Numbered from the stretch's first letter, positions 1 to 5,400 are shown. The stretch is DNA of 19,114 nt from Acutalibacteraceae bacterium (GCA_045631965.1 JAZQVR010000027.1:1-19114); one strand, 5' to 3'. The notes: generated by a model from the letters alone, not told the origin. Numbers and translations: made by a program.

Positions 1-78
1 ACCAATCTTTTTGATGGTGATAGGTTTCAGGGCAAAATACAGTTGATTTTAGCGGCGAAAGCTGTTAAGATAATATAG

Positions 79-194
<116 letters not shown>

Positions 195-199
195 AAACA

Positions 200-233
200 A
201 GAGGTCTGGTCTTGACCGGACCGGACCTCTTTT
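200..233 (+). terminator. Hairpin plus short T tract between 5S rRNA and the tRNA cluster (weak terminator or processing stem)
   Basis: AGAGGTC (200-206) pairs with GACCTCT (224-230) and is followed by TTT. tRNAs follow immediately, so it may be a processing structure rather than a true stop. Confidence 0.35.
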
Positions 234-237
234 ATAT

Positions 238-313
238 TCCTCCTTAGCTCAGTCGGTAGAGCATGCGGCTGTTAACCGCAGGGTCGTTGGTTCGAGTCCA
301 ACAGGGGGAGCCA
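238..313 (+). tRNA. tRNA-Asn (anticodon GTT)
   Basis: Cloverleaf read by hand: acceptor TCCTCCT/AGGGGGA, D arm TAGCTCAGTCGGTAGAGC, anticodon loop CTGTTAA, T arm GGTTCGAGTCC, encoded CCA. Confidence 0.93.
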
Positions 314-314
314 A

Positions 315-360
315 TCTGATGCGTATGACGTCACTTCGGTGACGGCATACGCAAATCAGA
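315..360 (+). other. Long spacer hairpin with TTCG tetraloop between two tRNAs
   Basis: TCTGATGCGTATGACGTCAC-TTCG-GTGACGGCATACGCAAATCAGA gives ~19 bp of pairing with one mismatch and one AA bulge. It is probably a processing (RNase III-like) stem in the tRNA precursor. Confidence 0.5.
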
Positions 361-375
361 ATTAGAGACCGTCAT

Positions 376-452
376 GGGCCTTTAGCTCAGTTGGTTAGAG
401 CAGCCGGCTCATAACCGGTCGGTCCCGGGTTCGAGTCCCCCAAGGCCCACCA
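376..452 (+). tRNA. tRNA with CAT anticodon, most like lysidine-type tRNA-Ile2 (elongator Met not excluded)
   Basis: Acceptor GGGCCTT/AAGGCCC, anticodon loop CTCATAA, encoded CCA. It is not an initiator: position 1 is paired and the anticodon stem lacks the GGG/CCC run. The D arm and anticodon stem (TAGCTCAGTTGGTTAGAGCAGCCGGCTCATAACCGG) resemble known tRNA-Ile(CAU) from memory. Confidence 0.85.
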
Positions 453-455
453 TAC

Positions 456-531
456 AGGGGTATAGCTCAGTTGGTAGAGCATCGGTCTCCAAAACCGAGT
501 GCCGAGGGTTCAAGTCCTTCTGCCCCTGCCA
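456..531 (+). tRNA. tRNA-Trp (anticodon CCA)
   Basis: Acceptor AGGGGTA/TGCCCCT, anticodon loop CTCCAAA, T arm GGTTCAAGTCC, encoded CCA. Confidence 0.93.
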
Positions 532-568
532 GAGGATAAGGACTTAGGTCCTTTACATATTTACAAAT

Positions 569-645
<77 letters not shown>

Positions 646-648
646 TCT

Positions 649-724
<76 letters not shown>

Positions 725-730
725 GAAAAA

Positions 731-758
731 AGCACTTGCATTTGCAAGTGCTTTTTTC
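731..758 (+). terminator. Rho-independent terminator closing the rRNA/tRNA operon
   Basis: AGCACTTGCA-TT-TGCAAGTGCT is a perfect 10-bp stem followed by TTTTT and preceded by an A-run. Confidence 0.9.
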
Positions 759-969
759 AATGAAGCACGCCTGCGGCGTATGAAAAATGAAGCAGGGCTT
801 CGCCCTATGAAGCGTGCCGTGGCGGCACATTTATTTACAAGTGCTTCTCTTCATAATACACGGAGTGCATTACTTCATGGCGTCATTGCCGCCGTTTCAT
901 ATTTGCAAAGCAAATACTTCATTGAAATTTGTTTTAATATGTGTTATTCTTCATCAAGAGGTGTTTTTA

Positions 970-1404
970 ATGAGAAATGATAAATTATCAGTTCAATCAA
1001 TGGACTTTTCTATCTCGATAATTAATCTTGTCAAAGATTTGAAAAGCAGAAAATAATCAATCATTTCCAACCAAATCGGAAGAAGCGGCACATCTATAGG
1101 AGCTAACATAAGAGAAGCACAGTATGCACATGGAAAAGCTGATTTTATTGCCAAGTTGCAAATTGCACTTAAGGAAGCGAACGAAACGGGATATTGGTTG
1201 GAATTGCTTTTCAGAACATCATACATAAACGAAGAACAATATAAACAACTTGATTCTGCTTGCACAAGTATTAGTGTAATGCTCATCGCTTCCATAAATA
1301 CCGCCAAAGAAACAACAAATAAAATAATAAACACAGACCGCATCCCTGAATTGCGATTTTTCAGTAAGGGATGCGGTTTTTTATATTTTTTCAAAACCTA
1401 TTGA
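970..1404 (+). pseudogene. Four-helix-bundle protein (23S rRNA intervening-sequence protein family) interrupted by one in-frame TAA
   Basis: Track ORFs 814..1056 and 1156..1404 are in the same frame. Reading from ATG 970 through the TAA at 1054-1056 gives MRNDKLSVQSMDFSISIINLVKDLKSRK*SIISNQIGRSGTSIGANIREAQYAHGKADFIAKLQIALKEANETGYWLELL.... The SIGANI.EA and LxIAxxEAxETxYWLELL motifs are the family hallmarks. The stop sits where such proteins usually continue, so a single nonsense change (e.g. GAA to TAA) is likely. Confidence 0.7.
1337..1383 (+). terminator. Rho-independent terminator overlapping the 3' end of the four-helix-bundle reading frame
   Basis: ACCGCATCCCT (1337-1347) pairs with AGGGATGCGGT (1367-1377) and is followed by TTTTTT. 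Confidence 0.75.
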
Positions 1405-1429
1405 AATTTTCAAAAAACGGGTATATAAT
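1401..1429 (+). promoter_or_regulatory. Sigma-70/SigA-type promoter of the thiamine operon leader
   Basis: TTGAAA (1401-1406), 17-nt spacer, TATAAT (1424-1429), about 15 nt upstream of the first TPP aptamer. Confidence 0.7.
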
Positions 1430-1444
1430 AACAAACGAAATAAA

Positions 1445-1535
1445 TACAGGGGAGCTTGTAGCTGCAGGCTGAGAGGAAGTAATCAAACTTCGACCCTATA
1501 ACCTGATGCGGATAATGCCGCCGTAGGAAGTCATA
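1445..1535 (+). promoter_or_regulatory. TPP (THI-box) riboswitch, copy 1
   Basis: GGGGAGC...GGCTGAGAGG...ACCCTATAACCTGATGCGGATAATGCCGCCGTAGGAAG matches the conserved CTGAGA / ACCTGAT..GGATAATGCC.GCGTAGGAA core of TPP aptamers. Confidence 0.9.
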
Positions 1536-1548
1536 CACAACGATTTTT

Positions 1549-1586
1549 TACAGGAGGCTTCCGAAGGGTTGTCTCCTGTTTTTTGT
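1549..1586 (+). terminator. Intrinsic terminator (expression platform of TPP riboswitch 1)
   Basis: ACAGGAGGCTTC...GGGTTGTCTCCTGT forms a ~12-bp stem followed by TTTTTTG. Confidence 0.8.
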
Positions 1587-1626
1587 TTCATAAATTTTGG
1601 AACAGTAATGAATCGTTTTACCGATT

Positions 1627-1799
1627 CAAATCATGTTGCACCGCAACAAATCATGGCGGAGCCAAATCATCAGAATATAAAGACAATGGCACAACTTTTT
1701 TCAGTGCCGCTGACTTTAATTTGTGCCTCGATTTTATTGAGGTATTAAAAATATGATTTGCCTTACGGCGTGATTTGATTTCTTCGAAATCATGATTTG
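1627..1799. repeat. Nested octamer array: three CAAATCAT on the left, three (A/G)TGATTTG on the right, including the perfect palindrome AAATCATGATTT
   Basis: CAAATCAT at 1627-1634, 1647-1654 and 1663-1670. ATGATTTG at 1753-1760, GTGATTTG at 1770-1777, ATGATTTG at 1792-1799. The 12-bp palindrome is at 1787-1798. The three left copies fall in different reading frames, so this is not a coding repeat. Confidence 0.7.
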
Positions 1800-1827
1800 C
1801 GTTTGAAAAACGCATGTTTCAGAATTG

Positions 1828-1912
1828 CACCCGGGGAGCCGCTGTGAGCGGCTGAGAGGCAGGTGAACCTGCGACCCGCAAACCTGATCCGGATAATGCC
1901 GGCGTAGGAAGA
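1828..1912 (+). promoter_or_regulatory. TPP (THI-box) riboswitch, copy 2
   Basis: CCGGGGAGCC...GGCTGAGAGGCAGG...GACCCGCAAACCTGATCCGGATAATGCCGGCGTAGGAAG has the same conserved core as copy 1, but the variable stems differ, so it is not a recent duplicate. Confidence 0.9.
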
Positions 1913-1952
1913 GTACATTGTGAATCTGCAGTAAACAAACCGTACTTTCAGA

Positions 1953-1989
1953 GCCTTCGCCCATTATCGGCGGAGGCAATTTTTATTTT
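1953..1989 (+). terminator. Intrinsic terminator (expression platform of TPP riboswitch 2)
   Basis: GCCTTCGCC (1953-1961) pairs with GGCGGAGGC (1969-1977), followed by AATTTTTATTTT. The RBS GGAGGT (1990-1995) and ATG 2002 follow directly. Confidence 0.75.
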
Positions 1990-2001
1990 GGAGGTAAATT
2001 T

Positions 2002-2304
2002 ATGAAAGCAAGTATCGCAATCCAGGTTCTTCCCAAGGCAAAAGACACAGATGACCTTATCCGCATTGTGGACGAGGTTATCGCATTTATCAAAAGCAGC
2101 GGACTAAACTGCCACGTAGGTCCGTTTGAAACCACAATTGAAGGCGAAGACTATGACCAACTGATGGATATTGTCAAAGAGTGTCAGCACGTTGCAATCA
2201 GAGCAGGTGCAGAAAACGTTTCGGCTTATGTGAAGGTTGTTTACAGACCCGAAGGCGAAATACTGACTATTGACAAGAAGATAAAAAAACATGCTGAGGC
2301 GTAA
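2002..2304 (+). CDS. MTH1187/YkoF-like small thiamine(-precursor)-binding protein (100 aa)
   Basis: GGAGGT RBS. The ~100-aa protein MKASIAIQVLPK...GPFETTIEG...V is typical of the MTH1187 (DUF77) family. It is the first gene behind a TPP riboswitch. Confidence 0.75.
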   Translation: MKASIAIQVLPKAKDTDDLIRIVDEVIAFIKSSGLNCHVGPFETTIEGEDYDQLMDIVKECQHVAIRAGAENVSAYVKVVYRPEGEILTIDKKIKKHAEA

Positions 2305-3055
2305 TACTGCATCAATCGCAGCGGTTATTTTGCTGCTGATTATCTGGCAAACTGTTTGCTCAATCGAACTTGTACCGTCTTATATGTTACCCTCACCCAT
2401 AGAAGTAATCAAAGCTTTTGTGAGCGAATTTCCGTTGCTTGTTAAAAATTCCGTTATCACTTTGCAAGAGGCTTTTATCGGTCTGTTTTTCGGAGTAAGT
2501 GTCGGATTTTTTGCGGCTGTATTGATGGACAGTTTTAAGATACTGTATAAAGCGTTCTATCCGCTGCTGATTATTACTCAAACCATTCCGTCTGTTGCAG
2601 TCGCACCGCTGCTTGTGCTTTGGTTCGGTTATGAAATGATGCCGAAAATAGTTCTTATAATTATTTCAACATTCTTTCCCGTTACCGTCGGACTTCTCGA
2701 CGGCTTCAGAAGTGCAGACAAAGACTCGATCGGACTCCTTCGCTCTATGGGTGCAACACGTGTGCAGATTTTCCATTATATCAAATTTCCTTCGGCACTA
2801 CCGCAACTGTTTTCGGGCTTAAGAATTGCCGCCGCATACAGCGTTGTGGGAGCGGTTATAAGCGAATGGCTCGGAGGTTTCGGCGGTCTTGGAGTTTATA
2901 TGACTCGTGTTAAAAAAGCATTCGCTTTCGATAAGATGTTCGCCGTGATTTTTCTTATTTCGGCTATTTCGCTTGTGCTTATGGCTTTAGTAGGCTTTGC
3001 GGAGAAAAAATGTATGCCTTACCGTAATTTAAATAAAAAAGGAGAAAAACTATGA
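2291..3055 (+). CDS. thiX: ABC transporter permease, NitT/TauT-type (ThiX-like HMP/thiamine-precursor permease)
   Basis: 254-aa polytopic membrane protein with a binding-protein-dependent transport motif region (...DSIGLLRSMGATRVQIFHYIKFPSALP...). It overlaps the upstream gene by 14 nt and the downstream gene by ATGA. The gene symbol comes from operon context. Confidence 0.75.
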   Translation: MLRRNTASIAAVILLLIIWQTVCSIELVPSYMLPSPIEVIKAFVSEFPLLVKNSVITLQEAFIGLFFGVSVGFFAAVLMDSFKILYKAFYPLLIITQTIPSVAVAPLLVLWFGYEMMPKIVLIIISTFFPVTVGLLDGFRSADKDSIGLLRSMGATRVQIFHYIKFPSALPQLFSGLRIAAAYSVVGAVISEWLGGFGGLGVYMTRVKKAFAFDKMFAVIFLISAISLVLMALVGFAEKKCMPYRNLNKKGEKL

Positions 3056-4035
3056 AAAAAATAATTGCCGTATTGATGGCAGTCGCAATAATTCTTTGTT
3101 TGCCCGCCTGCAAGAAAGATGAACCGGGCAAAATTACTGTTGTTCTTGACTGGACACCGAATACAAACCATACGGGTATATTTGTTGCTGAGGCAAAAGG
3201 ATATTTTAAAGAAGCGGGTCTTGAAGTAGAGATAGTTCAGCCGCCCGAAGGTGGCGCGGAATCACTTGTAGCATCAGGCAAAGCACAGTTCGGCGTTTCT
3301 TTTCAGGACAGCCTCGCACCTGCTTTTGTCGGAGATTCACCACTTCCCGTCACAGCAGTTGCCGCAATAATTCAGCACAACACTTCTGGTATTATTTCGC
3401 GTAAAGGCGAAGGAATGGACACACCAAAAGGTCTTGAAGGTAAGAAATATGCCACATGGGATATGGATGTTGAGAAGGAAACTATCCGTGAAGTAATGAA
3501 AACTGACGGCGGTAATTTTGACCTCGTTGAGCTTATTCCGTCAACGGTTACCGATGAAGTGTCTGCTTTGAAAAGCGGCTCGGTTGACGCTATATGGGTT
3601 TTCTATGGCTGGGCAGGTGTTGCTTGTCAGGTGGCGGGTCTTGAAACGGATTACTTTGAATTTGCGGATATAGACTCCGCGTTTGATTATTACACTCCCG
3701 TTATTATCGGCAATAATGACTGGCTTTCCGAAAATCCCGAAACGGCAAAAGCATTCCTCGAAGCACTTTCAAAGGGATATAACTATGCCGTTGAAAATCC
3801 AAAGGATGCGGCGGATATTCTGATGGATGCCGCACCCGAGCTCAGATCAAACAGCGAACTTGTTTACGCAAGTCAGGAATATCTTGCAAACGAATACATA
3901 GCCGATGCTTCAAAATGGGGAGAATTTGACTCTGAACGCTGGTCTGCATTCTATAACTGGCTGAATGAAAAGAATCTGCTTGAAGAAAAAATCAAACCCG
4001 ATTTCGGATTTACCAATAACTACCTGCCCGAATGA
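3052..4035 (+). CDS. thiY: ABC substrate-binding lipoprotein, NMT1/THI5-like (ThiY-like, HMP-precursor binding)
   Basis: Signal peptide with lipobox LPAC. The mature sequence ITVVLDWTPNTNHTGIFVA...KGYF is characteristic of NMT1/THI5-like binding proteins. It lies in a TPP-riboswitch operon. Confidence 0.8.
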   Translation: MKKIIAVLMAVAIILCLPACKKDEPGKITVVLDWTPNTNHTGIFVAEAKGYFKEAGLEVEIVQPPEGGAESLVASGKAQFGVSFQDSLAPAFVGDSPLPVTAVAAIIQHNTSGIISRKGEGMDTPKGLEGKKYATWDMDVEKETIREVMKTDGGNFDLVELIPSTVTDEVSALKSGSVDAIWVFYGWAGVACQVAGLETDYFEFADIDSAFDYYTPVIIGNNDWLSENPETAKAFLEALSKGYNYAVENPKDAADILMDAAPELRSNSELVYASQEYLANEYIADASKWGEFDSERWSAFYNWLNEKNLLEEKIKPDFGFTNNYLPE

Positions 4036-4036
4036 T

Positions 4037-4771
4037 ATGAAAAAGCTTGAAGTAAAAAACATAAGCAAGAGTTTTGACAGTAATCACGTTCTGAATGATA
4101 TTTCAATTGAGCTCAATCAAGGCGAATTGGTGTGCCTGCTCGGTGTCAGCGGTTGCGGCAAAACAACTCTTTTCAACATTATTTCGGGTCTGCTGTCGCC
4201 TGACAATGGTCAGGTGCTGCTTGACGGAAAGGATATAACAAATCAACCCGGGTACATAAGCTATATGCTTCAGAAGGATTTGCTGCTGCCTTACAGAACA
4301 ATAGAGGATAATGTTGCCTTGCCTCTTTTGCTCAAGGGTGAAAAAAAGAAAGAAGCACGAAAGCAGGTGTCACCGTTGTTCTCTCAATTCGGACTTGAAG
4401 GTACACAGAAAAAATATCCTTCTCAGCTTTCGGGCGGTATGCGTCAGCGTGCGGCACTTTTGAGGACATATATTTTTTCAAAAGACGTTGCACTTCTTGA
4501 TGAGCCTTTTTCGGCACTCGATACTATCACAAAAAGCTCAATGCACAAATGGTATCTGAACGTTATGGAGAAAATTCAGCTTTCAACACTCTTTATTACT
4601 CACGATATTGATGAGGCAATCCTTATATCGGACAGAATCTATCTGCTGTCAGGTTCACCCGGAGAAATAACAGGCGAAATAATAATCAGAGAACCGAAGC
4701 CGAGAAAAGATGATTTCAACCTGACTGCAGAGTTTCTGGAATACAAACGAAGGATACTTTATCAGCTTTAA
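4037..4771 (+). CDS. thiZ: ABC transporter ATP-binding protein (ThiZ-like)
   Basis: Walker A GVSGCGKTT, signature LSGGMRQR, Walker B LLDEPFSALD. I chose the start at ATG 4037 (MKKLEVKNISKSF), 1 nt after the thiY stop. The track start 3965 would overlap thiY by 70 nt and add a non-homologous extension. Confidence 0.85.
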   Translation: MKKLEVKNISKSFDSNHVLNDISIELNQGELVCLLGVSGCGKTTLFNIISGLLSPDNGQVLLDGKDITNQPGYISYMLQKDLLLPYRTIEDNVALPLLLKGEKKKEARKQVSPLFSQFGLEGTQKKYPSQLSGGMRQRAALLRTYIFSKDVALLDEPFSALDTITKSSMHKWYLNVMEKIQLSTLFITHDIDEAILISDRIYLLSGSPGEITGEIIIREPKPRKDDFNLTAEFLEYKRRILYQL

Positions 4772-4839
4772 TGTTTTCAGGACAAAATAAAAAAGCCGCC
4801 CTTACGGCGACGTCGCAATTAATATTTACTTATAAAATT

Positions 4840-4888
4840 GAAATGACCCTTGACTGAGTTTCTTTACACTACAGTCAAGGGTCATTTC
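4840..4888. terminator. Perfect 17-bp hairpin, better suited as a minus-strand terminator
   Basis: GAAATGACCCTTGACTG (4840-4856) pairs with CAGTCAAGGGTCATTTC (4872-4888) around a 15-nt loop. On the minus strand it is followed by CAATTTTATAAG (U-rich). On the plus strand the next bases are TGTGAATTC, with no U tract. Confidence 0.6.
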
Positions 4889-5161
4889 TGTGAATTCTTA
4901 GTATCTAACATCTTTGTTTACCTCTCTTTCTTCGATTTGGCCAACCTTCATTTTTTACACTTAGCCCTTTTATACCTTTTACACACATTTTTTCTTTTTA
5001 TCTTGTAAGCAAGATTACTTGATGTTTTACGGTGGACTTTAATTCGTATTTATTATGAAGGCTGTGGCTGTGGCTCTTAAAACAGAAGCTTTATGTTTTT
5101 TTATTATTTATTTTGTTTTTGTATTTTTGATTAAAGCTTTTGTTTTGAGGAGCCGGGTTGA

Positions 5162-5243
5162 TTACTTGTACATCGGAACCACCTCATATTAGATTTTGCG
5201 GGGTAGGTTTTACTGGTACATCGGAACCACCTCATAAGATTTT
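5162..5243. repeat. Two direct repeats 48 nt apart (TTACT[T/G]GTACATCGGAACCACCTCATA..AGATTTT)
   Basis: Copy 1 is 5162-5197 and copy 2 is 5210-5243. A 21-nt core (5168-5188 and 5216-5236) is identical, and a 2-nt indel follows the core. On the minus strand each core reads GAGGTGG-TTCCG-ATG-TAC-(AAG/CAG)-TAA. Confidence 0.85.
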
Positions 5244-5296
5244 AAGATTCGGTGTTTGTTATTTCCTGTTCTTTGGTATCACCTCTTCTTGTCTAT

Positions 5297-5325
5297 ACTA
5301 TAACACGTGAATTGCGGTTTTGCAA
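5297..5325 (-). promoter_or_regulatory. Near-consensus extended -10 promoter firing leftward into the ORF-free gap
   Basis: The minus strand reads TTGCAA (5325-5320), a 17-nt spacer ending in TGT, then TATAGT (5302-5297). No annotated gene lies downstream. Confidence 0.55.
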
Positions 5326-5400
5326 GACGTAATTTTGTACAAAGTTAACTAAAATTGTTTATGCAAAACGCAGAAATACAGCACTATAACGAAAATAGTG

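Noticed and set aside
1-78. The window may open with the last bases of 23S rRNA (ACCAA...) followed by the 23S-5S spacer.
   Set aside because: Five bases cannot support a call, so only the 5S gene and what follows it are annotated.
780-969. Plus-strand ORFs 780..980 and the N-terminal part of 814..1056.
   Set aside because: They run through the hairpin/ATGAAGC repeat region. The family-typical protein sequence starts only at ATG 970.
1054-1056. The in-frame TAA in the four-helix-bundle gene as programmed read-through or an alternative genetic code.
   Set aside because: TAA is used as an ordinary stop by several clearly intact genes in this window (e.g. the 9049..10032 oxidoreductase, thiZ and the MMPL gene), and there is no recoding context. 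A simple nonsense mutation is the economical explanation.
993-1394. 133-aa minus-strand ORF.
   Set aside because: It is antisense to the recognisable four-helix-bundle reading frame. It has no RBS and no family resemblance.
1734-1979. 81-aa minus-strand ORF.
   Set aside because: It lies antisense across TPP riboswitch 2 and its terminator. It has no RBS, and its composition is dictated by the conserved RNA element.
3965-4036. Longer start for the ABC ATPase (track ORF 3965..4771).
   Set aside because: It would overlap thiY by 70 nt and add 24 residues with no ABC homology. MKKLEVKNISKSF at 4037 is a typical ATPase N-terminus.
5162-5243. On the minus strand the repeat core GAGGTGGTTCCGATG resembles the T-box consensus GGGTGGTACCGCG, which suggested tandem T-box leaders.
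   Set aside because: The copies are only 48 nt apart, too short for Stem I and a specifier loop. I could find no AGAGA/GNUGGA-type elements or terminator/antiterminator alternative, and no aminoacyl-tRNA-related gene lies downstream.
5162-5243. Direct repeats as a possible CRISPR array.
   Set aside because: There are only two copies, the spacer is ~20 nt, the repeats are not palindromic, and no cas genes are in the window.
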